A stretch of 64,000 bases of DNA from NCBI GenBank assembly GCA_002245135.1, contig NGBS01001185.1, positions 62,001 through 126,000 of the forward strand, read 5' to 3'. The translations under genes were made by a program, and so were the position numbers. The notes beneath the pieces were generated by a model. It saw only the letters and a list, made by a program, of their open reading frames with translations. It did not search any database and had not been told where the DNA came from. Every line of letters starts with the position of its first letter. Within the stretch, counting starts at the first letter, position 1. Source of the DNA: Proteromonas lacertae. Lineage: Eukaryota. Positions 12,484 to 25,800 of this stretch are shown in pieces.

Positions 12484-15147
12484 TTAATAGAATAAATCAA
12501 AGGTAATTTCATTAGTTTATTCTGATAATAAAGACATAAGATTTGGCTATATCACCATCATGCCATCTATATCAATTAGAAATAATGAAGATTATGAACA
12601 TTATATTAATTATTTGAAATCTACAAATGAAGAGTTATTAAATCAACCAAGATGTCCATGTCAAATGATACTATATATAGAATCATGTAAATATCAACAT
12701 AAAACAAGTATATATATATATATTTAATTATTTATTTTATAGTTCATCCATTATCAACTTATTTAACAGTCGAATATAGAAATGAAATAAGACATTGTGA
12801 TGTGATACCAAACTCCAATGAACCACTGTTTAAGTATCATACCCAATACACACTTCAAATGAATGAAGCTGAATATTATAAACTAAAAGAAGAATCAATA
12901 ATAATTAGAATAATCAAATTCAAAACTGAAGAAAATTTCAATGATAACAATAATGATGATGTGTTTGGAATTGTTACAATTCCTATTAATAAAATCAATC
13001 AATTTATGATACAAGCATACACTGTATTTATTATTTTGTATTTATTTGTATTTTTGTTAAATAGATTTATGATGTTTATTCAAAGAAGATGATTGGTCAA
13101 TGTAGATTAAGTATCTCCTTCAATCCACGTTTAGAATCAATTATTTCATTAAATAACAATAGAAATAATCGAATATTAAATAATTTAAGATTATCAACAA
13201 ATGATATCAAATATATACATCATAAATTTCATATTCCAAATACAGAAGTTGCTTATTCAATTGATATATTATCATATTATCTCATTAACTCTGAAGATCA
13301 ACAGAATCAATTGATATTATTGAATAATATGAAACATATCGATTTTAAAAAGATTGAAGAATATATTCTAAGTGAAGTAAGTGATAGTAATAATTACTTA
13401 ATTCCAATGAATAAGATCAAGCTTATGTTTGAGACATTTCATATTCAATACAATGCTGATATAATTCAAACGATTTATTCTATTTGTGGTGATGAAAGTG
13501 ATATAGAGAACATAAAAGTGATAATATTTTTAGCTTTTATAACAAATATGAATGAAAATGAGAAATTAATTGATGTATATATATTATTCTTTTTTTTAAT
13601 AATCATTTATAGACTCTTATTCATGAAAGATTTAAAAGTATCAGAAGTGATCGAAATGGTATTGGAAGGTTAAAACAGTATTTCAACATTGATCAAAATC
13701 TAAAGTATTTGTTAAATTATAATGATTTAATTGGTGTATTCAACAAGTGTGGATTTGAAATATATGATGAAAATAGATTAGATGTTTATCAAATCGAATC
13801 TTTAATAGATGAACATTTTTCAGTAGATTTCTATTTTACACTAGTGGAAATTGAAGATATTATTTGGAATTATTTAACATCCCATAGCATGAGTTTAACT
13901 GCCTTAGAATCAATGTTTAAAAAACAAGATAATGCTTGTAACGGCTATATTTTAGATCATAATGTCAAGCTTATATTTGACAGCTTAAATCCTGCAGATA
14001 TAATCCCTATAATCAAGAAATTATGTTTTGAGAATGACAGTGAAATGAATTATCATAAAATGATTGATTTCTTGAGATATAAGAGTGAACCAACAGATTA
14101 TCAAAAATTACAAATCGCATTGCTTGTATATATATATATCCCAATATTGTAATATAAATAGAATGTAAGTGTTGAATATGATAAATTATTGGGAATATTT
14201 CAAGAATTAAGTCCATTAGACCCAATAATCACCGAGAAGGACTTTACAAGTGAAATAACTAAATATTTAAATGATAAAACATATAGTTCTGTGATACATC
14301 GAGTTTATAATCAATTTAATTGTGGCTATGGTATAAACTATGTAGAATTTGTTGAATCTTTGAGTATATATATCCTATATATAACATATTAATAGATAAT
14401 ACGATTAGATTTTTAAGAATAAAAATCCAAAACCATATCGAATTCTATTCTCACAATCATTCCGATAATTTTTTCAAATTTCTACATACTCTCAGTAACA
14501 ATGATTTTATTCCAATTTCATCACTTACTCAATACATATTCTTATCAAAATATGAGTGGGAAATATTTCAATTAATATATTGTAGTGAAAATAGACAAAT
14601 GATTGAGTATTTTTTTTTATTTTTATCATTTTGAATTAGTTATAATGTATTCTGTTCTCATTTCAATAAAAAAATTGAATATAATATTAATACAGATAGG
14701 AACTATATCAATAGTTTAAAAGATAAGTGTCAAAATACGTATATAAATATGGGTAAAGATTATATTCGAAATTCATTTGATCATTATAGTAAATCATTTC
14801 GTCCAATTCAATTCAATAAAAAATATTATATTACATCATTAATAAATGCATATTATACATTAAACTGTATATATATTGTTTATTTATATTTTATAGGTGA
14901 TGAAATATTAAGTATAGCAACTTATTTTGAAAGAAAAACATATGAAGAGTATATATATATAATTTATTGTTTCAAAATAGATTTTTACACTTTACTTCCT
15001 TTGTGAATAGTTCAATACAAGAAAATAGAGAAATTTTAGTGAAAGAATTATTGAAATTGATAAAGACAGATGATGATCAAGAAAGATTCAATTCATTTAA
15101 ACATATTTATGAAGAAATCAATAAAGAAATTGATTCTATCGCTCCAA

Positions 15148-15183
<36 letters not shown>

Positions 15184-17949
15184 CTTCTATTTCTATTTCT
15201 ATTATTATTATTTTTTGTTATAGGATTTTTATACATTTTTACATACAAAATTCCAATTGAGTGAAAAACAAATGATTTCAATTATTCGATATACATTCTC
15301 AGGTCAAATGACTTTAAATATTGAGTTATTATATGATAAAATCTTCCAGCCACAACTGATGAATAAAATAAAACAAACAAAAAAGAGAAAAGAAGAAGAA
15401 GAGAAAGAAGAAATGAATAAAAACAAATATAAAGATGCAGAATATTTTGAAAAGTTAATAATTGATATAAGATGTAAAATGATAGAGAAAGATGATGATT
15501 ATCGAGCTGGTTTTAATTCAATCATAAAATCAAAGTATATATTTTGATATTCTTTATTGTTTAATAGTGTTAATGTACCTCAACAATTTTACGTATCTCC
15601 ACGAATATTAAGTCGAAAATTGAATGATTTTTATGATATAAATATCAGTGAAGATCAATCATTGAAATTGATTCAATATATAAGAAGAAATGATAGAGAA
15701 AGAAATGAAGTATAAACATATATATTTTTATAATATTTTATTAGATTCATATTTTTCATTTTCTAAGTGTAGTTAGTCCATATTATAACAAACAGTTTGA
15801 CTTATTTCGTTATTATTTACTAAGAGACAAGCAAAGAGGAATTGCAGAAATATTCAAAGAGATGACAAATGGTAGAGATTATTTATTAATTGAAGATTTA
15901 ATGAGAAAATGTAATGAGATAAATGACAATTTGATTAAATATAATGAAATTTGGGATGAAATGAATATCTATAATGATGATGAAAAGAATAAGAACTTTT
16001 ATATTTTAAAGAATGTTGATAATAAAGAAGAATTTAAACATAAAATAACATATAATCAATTCATCCAATTTTTAATAGAACCATTTAATTATGAAGTGAA
16101 TAAAATATTCAAATTTTACATTTTACAAATTCCAGATTTGGTGTATATAAGATTTGAAAAAACGGTTAAACTCTGTTTTAGAGAGATGAAAAGTGAAAAT
16201 GAGTTGGGAGAAATGTTATTGTTGTTGGGAATAAAGATAAAAAGAGATTATTTACATACATTAATTAGAATATATTATACTGAAAGAATATTTATGTATA
16301 TATATATATGTATGTATAATGTAATATATATAAATAGAAAATCTGTTTTAGAGAATATGATAATAGAAAATCATAAAAAACAACCAACTGTTTTACCAGT
16401 TATTAATTTAATCAATAAATATAATATTTTACAGACTTTTAAAGATGGAGATTTTATAGATAAAGTTGAAGATGTGATAAGATTTGAAGATATTAGAAAA
16501 GAAATAATAAAAATCAATCCAACAATAAATACTGATGATTTCTTTGATTATATCAATATTCGTATAATTATTATTATAATAAATAGATAAATGTAATGCT
16601 ATTCTGTATAGAGAATTAGTTTTGTTATGTAGTTGTATTCCAGATGAAAACAATAAAGGAATTGAATTGATTGTATTTTGTGATAGGATAAGTAAAAGGA
16701 AGAATAAAGATTTATATATTACCACTACAGATGAAACGACGTTGAAAGAAATGGAAAAGGAAATAAAAGATAAAGAGAATGAGAAAAAGAAGAATAAAAC
16801 AAAACAAATAGATATTGATATGGAGAAAGAGAAAGAGAAAATGGAGAAAGAAAAAGAGGAAAAAGAGGAAATCGATAAGGAGAAAAGAGAAAAAGAGCAA
16901 AAAGAGAAAGAGAAAGAGAAAGAGAAAGAGAAAGAGAAAGAGAAAGAGAAAGAGAAAGAGAAAGAGAAAGAGAAAGAGAAAGAGAAAGAGAAAGAGAAAG
17001 AGAAAGAGAAAGAGAAAGAGAAAGAGAAAGAGAAAGAGAAAGAGAAAGAGAAAGAGAAAGAGAAAGAGAAAGAGAAAGAGAAAGAGAAAGAGGAAAGAGA
17101 GAAAATGGAAAAGGAGAAAGAGAAGAAAGATGATGATGATGATAAACAGTCAATGAAAGTTGATTCAATAGTGTTAGAAGAAACAAGTCATTCAAATCGT
17201 TTAGATCCAATTTCGCCACCACCAGTTACATTGGACAACATTGAATCAACTGAAAAAGAAAAAAAAGAAGAAGATAAAAAGAAGGATTTAAAATCTTCTT
17301 CATCTTCATCATCTGCTTCATCAATTTCAATCCCATCCTTTATAGATAATAAGAATGATAATAAAACTGAACAAACAAAAGAAAATCTATCCAAATCTGA
17401 ATCAAGTGAAAGTCAATTATTTACTCCTTACAGCTCATTAGATTCTTATTATACAATTGATTCAATTGAAGATTATGATGTATTTATTAATATTTATTAT
17501 ATATGTGTTTTATAGGTTGAATATTTGTATGTTAAATCATACAAATTTGATGATGAAAATGGAAAAGTATATATTTTATATTTGTAACTGTATATAATGT
17601 AGAAAAATTATTCAAATAAACACTACTTTATTGTTAAAGTATCATCATTTGATGGAGAAAAGAGAATGAAATTAAAATCATCTCAATTAAGACAAGTGAC
17701 TAATGAATATAAATTGAAATTCGATTTTCAATTTCGTATATTATTAATATGATTATGTTATTATTATTAGCATATAAAGTGTATAACAAATATAAAACGT
17801 TTGAAATTGAGTTATATGATCAAAATACGAATGAGTTGATAGATTCATTTGAAATGAATGTAAGTGATTCAATGAAATGTAATTCTGCAAACAAAACAAG
17901 AAAAGGTAATTTCATTTGTGTAATAGAAGGAAATGAGTTAATTATTTAA
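10669..17949 (+). CDS. Large multi-exon protein with N-terminal coiled coil, C2-like and degenerate EF-hand-like regions and a KE repeat
   Basis: Chain of + strand exons separated by short GT-AG introns. C2-like NSNEPLFKYHTQY..DDVFGIVTIPI; EF-hand-like FKKQDNACNGYI and GINYVEFVESL. It could be more than one gene. Confidence 0.55.
16901..17092 (+). repeat. (AAAGAG)n coding microsatellite, about 32 copies, encoding poly(KE)
   Basis: Perfect hexamer run visible in the sequence. Confidence 0.95.
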
Positions 17950-18035
17950 TGTTTTATACTTTTGTTTTGATATTCTTTTATTTGTAGATCTTTCATCATA
18001 TTTCAATGATTTTTGAATTGACTTTTATTAAAAAG

Positions 18036-19934
18036 CTATATAACTACTGAAAAATGTCTATTTGGATGATTTTGACTCATCCTTTCACAAAAGTTATCAT
18101 AATCTAATAGTTTGTTTTTTTCAATTGTTAATACTATCAATTCTTCGCATTTGTGTAGATTATTTATAAGTATATCACCACCAATATCAGTAATTGAATT
18201 AATCATTAATCCTAATGTTATTAACTTTGGTAGATCTTGTATTTTTTCACATAAATACTTTACTCCTTCATCACCTATTTTGTTGTCTATTTATAATAAT
18301 TACAATTATTGTTATTATATACTAGCTATGTCTAAATCTTCTAGGCTTGGAATATCTTGAAAATGTGAACTTAAGTATTTTATATCCTCATCTCCTAAGC
18401 AACAATCTATTTAATATTAATAGTTTATTATTACATACCCTCTAGATATAATATTTTCAATTTTTGAACATAATGTAGATTTTCAGAAAAGAATTTTAAT
18501 TGATCAGTAATAGGTTCACTTCCACTAAACCATCCTATAAAACTAGAAATCATTGATTTCCCACAGCTTCCAAATCCATTACCAATAAGACCTAATCCAT
18601 TTAAATTTGGAAAGAATCTTAAACGTTGTGAGAACATATTCAACCCTGTTAAAGATATATTATTATCTAATTGAGTAATAAATAATATAATAACATACTG
18701 CGCATATTAATTGTTATTGTATTATTCAATTCATTATTCATTCTATCCAATCTATAACACAAATATTTCACTCCTTCATCTCCCATTCCCCCTATATTAT
18801 AAAAACAGAATAATATTAATAAAAATACACCATTGGAAATACAATGTATTATTCTCATATATGCATCTATCAATTTCAAAGTCAATTCTATTTCCTAGAT
18901 GTAAATAAAAATGTAATTATTCATACTCCATCTACCAGATAAATTGATTTGATTTTCTTCGATAGGAATTAATGGAGTTTGTTCAACTGGAATATCAACT
19001 TTATTTTCTTCTTCTTCTTCTTTTTCGAGTGGAATTGGAAGCTCAGTATCTCTTTCAAAAGGTAATGTAGGAAGTTCTGGCTTATTCAGTTCTATTATAT
19101 CATTATAAATACAAAAAATTATACTTTTCAATTCAGAAATTAATTTATTCAATTTTAATCTATCTTTCTTCTCTTTACAGATTATCTTTTTCAACAATTT
19201 GTTTAATTCATTACTATATTCACCTTCTAATGATTTATAATTCACTTTTTCAATGTTTTTCATTGTTTCTAACATATTCTTACCAATAAAAGGATATTTA
19301 CCACTTTTTATATAATAAAATATTAATCCAAAATTCCAAATATCACTTGAAATATCTAATTCTTTTCCTAATAATTCATCAATACAAACAAAGCATATAT
19401 CTTCATTTTTACAAGATTGTCTTTCTCCTCCTTTATATAACAGATTATTACAATAATCACTCAAAATCACTTTATTTTCATCATTTAAAAAGATATTGGA
19501 TGGTTTTAAATCACTGTGAATTGTTTTATGTGAACGTAAACACTGTAATACATCAAGTATCTCATTTAATATTTCAAATATACCACTATCTTCAAAATGT
19601 TTCAAAGGATTTAATATATCTAGATGAGTTTTATAGTCTTTCATTGTTCGATACAACACATTATCACTAATATCAATTGTTTTGTATTTCATTACACCAG
19701 TTATATCCATATTATTTATTATCTTCATTGTATTAACTGTAGTATTAGCAGTTCTTTAATTTACTTCACTAATATCGGTCACCTTTATTAGTTCTTCTGA
19801 TCCATTCTTATTTCTTATTCTGGGTAATTTGCTATCATATATACTGTCTTTTAATAACTAATTAAAAAACAATCAATAAAATACTATTATACCTCATAAT
19901 CATGATTAGCCAGCCATATAGAAAGTGAATTCAT
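18036..19934 (-). CDS. Protein kinase-like domain with C-terminal leucine-rich repeats
   Basis: IHSDLKPSNIFL, SDYC in place of DFG, SDIWNFGLI. Downstream exons give RNI-type LRRs (MGDEGVKYLC, IGEEGVKYLC, ITDIGGDILI). Stop TAG at 18036-18038. Confidence 0.75.
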
Positions 19935-20221
19935 TATTTATAAAGTAAAATTAGCAATCTATCAAAAGAAAACAAGAAAAATTATCATCAAATGTCTCGA
20001 GCTTTTTCAATTGGCTTGATATTTTTGAAACTCGATCTGTTCATGTCTCATTTTATTTTTTATGAAAATATAAAATATAAATAATTTATCAAGTAAAACA
20101 TTATATATATCCAGGAAAGTGTTATCTGTTAAAATTCTAGGAAAATTATCTATACAACAGGAATTTAACAAAAGTTAAAATATTGGGTCATCCAAAAATA
20201 GTTAACAAAACCCCATTTGTA

Positions 20222-22673
20222 ATGTCAGAATTATTGAATAAAGAGTGTAATATCTGTTGCCAGCGAATTGAGATATATTCAGTTGGTCAATGCAATCATA
20301 GAGCAGTGTGTTGCAACTGTTCAATAAAGTTAAGAAAGTTCTATCACAATTATTCTTGTCCTCTTTGCCGTGTATGATGCTGATAATATATTTTAGGAGG
20401 AATTGAGTAATGTAATAATAACCAAAGACAAAAAAAGTCCATTCAGTAGTTTTAAGTTGGAAGAAAGTCTAAAAATCGATAATGGGTTATATAGTGAAAA
20501 CAATGAAATAAAAGAGATGATAAACCATGACTTATTATCAATCAGATGTCCAGTATGTGTAAAAGGCTATCCTAAGTGGTATCATTTGCAATTTACTCCT
20601 CATTTAACTCCAAACCGTGTTTTTTCCAGCAATAGTGATTTACTAAATCATGTGAAGAAAGAACATCGTTTATGTTTATGTGAGATCTGTTTAAATAATC
20701 GAAAAATCTTTTCATTTGAGCAAATTCTATTTCTACCTAGGGTATATTTATATTATATTTAATTAATAATATTTATAGACATTATCAAATCATTTAGGAG
20801 ATATGAGAGAAACAACAGAAGAAAAAGAAGCAGGAATTCCAATTCATAAAAGATGTGAAATATGTAAAGAATGGTATTTCAGTGAAAATGATTATTATGA
20901 TCATGCAGATAATATACATATACCATGTTTCGTATAAATATATATAAAAGTGTAAATTATAATTAATTAATTATGTATAGTTATGTGGATGTAAAGGTAT
21001 TCATATATATTTTAATGATAATAGTGAATTAGATGATCATAATAAAGGGTATAAATATATATATTTATTTATATTATTAAACTAGTTGTCATTTTAAATG
21101 TGAATATATTGGTTGTATGGCTGTTTTTGATGATGAATATGAATTAAGAATTCACAAGAAAAGAGATCACAATGATAAGAATGCAACAATATTAAACCTC
21201 TCTGAGATAATGAAAGATAATAATAATACACAATCTCCTTCATCACCACCAACAACAACAACTACTTCACATTATAACAACAGCAGAAGAGGAGGAGGAA
21301 GAGGAGGAAGAAATAGAAATGACAGAGGTGGAAATAGAAGAAATAATAATAGTCATTCCATAACTCCAACTCCACCACCTGATATTTCACCTGTTAGTAA
21401 TGAAGTTTTTACAATTGAAAACTTTCCAAAATTAGGTGAAGAAAATGAAGAAAATGATGTTAGTGGTAATAAAGATTCAAATATAATGAATATGGCAGTT
21501 AATCCATCATTAAAGTTTACTAGTCATAAGAATGTATTTATAGTGGAAGATCCTAGTGGATGGAGTGAAGAAGAAATAAAGAGAAGAAATGATGAATTAA
21601 TGATTGAATTGCAAGTATCATTATATGGAAATAGAGAGAAATTTGAAAGGTTTAAAAATGAAAGTAGAAAATATTTAAACAATCATATAACAGCAGAAGG
21701 ATTTCATGATTTGTTTTTAGCTTTATTTGGCAAAGAAAATATTTATTTATTTGGAAAATTAATCAGTTTACTCCCTAATCCAAAGAAGAGAAAAGATTTA
21801 GAAGTTGTATATAGAAAAGCAGAAGGTAAACCATTAATAAGTCGAAGTGGAGAAAGTAAAGTTTACAGTCCAGTGGAAAGTGAATTAATAAATAAAAGAA
21901 ATGAAATGAAAGTAAATATTAATGATGAGAGTAATTTGTATTATTTATCACTACATGAATTTTCAACGCAATTATTATGTATTTTTGATGATTTATTATG
22001 TAATAATAAGAAAATATCTAATAAAAATATAAGATTAAGTATTGAGACAGAAGAGATTATTAATAAAATAAATACAATCGATATAATAACAAGAACTTTA
22101 GAATGTTTATTAAACAATGAAGGAGTGAATGAAGAAGTATATAATATATTATATGAAACAATTGTTAGTCATTATATAGTGTTAGATGGTAATATGATGA
22201 TTGATATAAAGTTATTAAATATTGAAGAAATAAGTAAAATAAAAGAAAAATTGAATAAATTGAAAGTGGATGATTTGTTGATTTGTAAATGTTATTATAA
22301 CACAATTTTGAATGAATTATATGATAGATGTATGAAATTGAGGTTTTTAGATCATATTATAGCTAGTAAAAGTAGTGAAATAAGTAGGAATAGTAAATGG
22401 AATGGAAATAATATAAGTATCAATGAGAAATTCCCTTTATTACCAACTAATGATAGTGCAATTCCAATAATTCCAAAAGTAACAAAAACAACCAATAATC
22501 CTTATTTAGATGGATTAATAAATAATAATAAATCAAAACCAAAGAAAGAGACATTAGATGATAAGATTGATAATGCAATGAAACTATTGAATGAAGAAAA
22601 GAATAATAGTGATGGAAATAATAAGAAAAATAAAAAGAAGAAAAGTAAAGGTATATTATTAACTTCTTATTAA
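20222..22673 (+). CDS. ZNF598: ZNF598/Hel2-like RING E3 ubiquitin ligase (ribosome quality control)
   Basis: RING CNICC..YSVGQCNHRAVCCNCSIKLR..CPLCR; C2H2 array (HRLCLCEICLNNRKIFSFEQILF); PAH-like FERFKNESRKY..LISLLPNPKKR; C-terminal KKKKSKGILL. Confidence 0.85.
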
Positions 22674-22817
22674 TTGCTTTGTAATTTTCGTTTTTTGTTT
22701 ATTTTACATTAAAAGAAAATATTTTTTATAAAACCATTCACAAATACTTACAAAATACAAATAATAATATCTTAGTCATTCTTTCACGAAATTTATAACG
22801 ATTTCACTTATTTACTA

Positions 22818-25800
22818 TTAATTTTCACTATCACTTCCACTACTACTACTTCCACTGTAACTTGAAGAATAACTTGAACCACTTCCACTTCTCTTTCGGT
22901 TAGTTTTACTTCCTGTTTTTCTTGGATGTGGTTTCACCTCTTTCTTTTCTTCTTCTTTTGGCTTTACTTCTTCTTTTGGTTTTTCTATTGTGGGTTTATC
23001 TTCCTCCTCCTTCTTCTCTTCTTCTTTCTTTTCATCGGCTGGTTTTTCTTCCGCTGTTGGTATAACTTCTTCTTCTTTCTTTTCTTCTTCTTTAGGATTT
23101 TCTTCGTTAACTTTCTTTACTTCTTCTGTTAGTTTTTCTTCAACTTTTGGTATATCTTCCTTCTTCCTTTCTTCTTCTTTCATAACCTCCACATCTTTCA
23201 ATTTTTCTTCTTCTTTAGACTTTTCCTCTTCCTTCTTAGCTTTCTTTTGTTTCTTTGTTTTCTTTTGCTTTACTTCTTCATGTTTCACTTCTTCTTTTGG
23301 CTTTATTTCTTCTTTCTTTTCTTCTACAACTGTAACTTTTGGCATTTCTATATTTGCTCCAATTTCGCTTTTACCACTTGGCTTTACTCCTTTCTCAACA
23401 ACTGGTTGAGTAGATATGGGATTTACATTTGGCTTTGGCTTGGATTTAGTTTTAGATGAGTGAGATTCAGATTTTCTTGATCTACATAATACTATTCCAA
23501 CAATTACTATCAATACAATAACTACTCCACCAGCTATTATTCCAATCAGTACTCCTGTTGATAAACCATCACTACTATCAGATTTACCAGCAGAATTAGT
23601 TGGATATATTGTTTTATCTACTACATTGGTTATTTCAATTTCAAATTCTTTAAATATTGAGTCTTCTGATGATGATTCAGCTTTTGATTTAATCTCTTCA
23701 CTTAATCTACTTGAATCTTCTTTCAATTCATTTGCAATTTCAAGAATTTCAGTTTTAGTTGATTCTTCTGGAATTGTTACTATTACTTCGATATTCATTT
23801 CATTTTCTAATCCTCTTAATAATACATTTCGATTGTTTACAACAACTTCGATATCTTCTCTTACTAATGTGACATTCTTTTCTTGATATACTTCGATTAT
23901 TGAATCTTTTATTATATTTTTATCATTTTCACTTAATTCAGATCCAGTCACATTTGAAACTTTTATTTCGATTGATATTCTTTCGATTGGTTTTGGTGTT
24001 GTTGGAATTGAAGTTGTTGGAACTGATGTTTCATCTGTTGATTCTACTGTTCCTGTTTCATATATAGTTGAATCAGTTGGTGAATCAGTTGTTGGTAATT
24101 CTGTAGTTGGTGATTGGGTTGTTAGTTCTGGTGTTGTTGGAGTTGGTGTAGATGGTTTAACAGTAGTTGGAGTTTGAGTAGTTGGAGTCTGAGTAGTAGG
24201 CTTAACTGTTGTAGGTTCTGATGTTGTAGGTTTAACAGCAGTTGGAGTCTGAGTTGTAGGCTTAACAGTAGTAGGTAATGGAGTTGTAGGTTTAACAGTA
24301 GTAGGTAATGGAGTTGTTGGTTCGATTGTTGTTGGCGTTTGAGTTGTTGGTTTAACAGTGGTTGGAGTCTGAGTTGTTGGTTCGATTGTTGTTGGCGTTT
24401 GAGTTGGAATTTGTGTTGTTGGAGTTGGTGTTTGAGTAGTTGGTTCTGATGTTGTTGGCTTAACTGTGGTTGGAGTTTGAGTAGTTGGTTTAACTGTAGT
24501 TGGAGTTTGAGTAGATGGATTAACAGTAGTTGGTGTTTCAGTAGTAGGCTTAACTGTAGTTGGTTCTTGTGTTGTTGGCTTAACTGTAGTTGGTTCTGGT
24601 GTGGATGGTGTTTGAGAGGTTGGATTAACAGTTGTTGTTGCTGGGGTGGTTGGTTGCTCAGTTATGACACTACACATTGAATCATCAATTACTTCATCCC
24701 ATAATCCATTTTCTAAACATTTTCTTATCTTAAAAGCTTTAGATCCATTTCCACAACTGGCTGTGCCATTTGTACCAGCAAAAGCTTTGTCAAATCCATC
24801 ATAAGCATAACAAACAGGAAGTGAAATTGAATTTAAAATAAATAATCGATATTGAATATAATGAGCAAATGGATTTACATCATAAGCAGCTATATCAACT
24901 ACTTCTAATCTATAACTTTCATAAGATTTTCTTACATTCAACAATGAAAATGTTTTAACTTCAGTGCAATGCTCAGTTCCATCACCACCTTTTAATCCTA
25001 AATCAGTATTTGAATATAGTTCTTCCCATTCTGGATGATCTTTATCTGTTGCTCCTAATATTTTTATATTCTTTGGACGATTATTCCAATTATTACTACA
25101 TCCACTTATCTTAAACTCATTGAAATAAAAAGCATTATATCCATTGAATTTGTAGGTTATATAGAATGGCATATAATTGGCTTTTTCTCCTTTTACTAAC
25201 GTAATTCCACAATAATCAGGATTATCATTTGTACTTTCACTTGCCATTGCAAATGTTTTATCTAAATTAGAATAATCAACTGGAGCATTTCCTTTTTCAG
25301 AGATTAAACCAATTTCATTCACATTTACTGTATCTAATGTTGTTACTGTATTAATTGTTAATTTCATATATTCTAATGAAATGATCAATGGATCAGAAAC
25401 AGAAGAATCGCTTTTATGAATTTCTATTCCAATTATATTTCTTCCATTTAATAAAACAGGTAAAGGAATTAAGATTGTTTCTTCAGTTGCTGTTTCAAAT
25501 GGAATTATTACATCTCCATTGAAATTTCTTCTGAATATTTCATTTCCATTTATATAAATCTTTAATCCATCTTTATATGTAATCTTTAGCTTGGGTGATC
25601 CACTTACTAATATATCATTGATTGTAAAATAATTTCGATAATATCTAATTGAAGATGTGAAATCAGGAAATGGTAAAGATATTTTCATCCATTCACTTTC
25701 TCCTTCTATATATTCATTATTCCAATGTGGTGATGATGGAGTAGAATCAGTATATTGCCATTCACTTTTGATTAAATCATTATTACATTCATGATCAACT

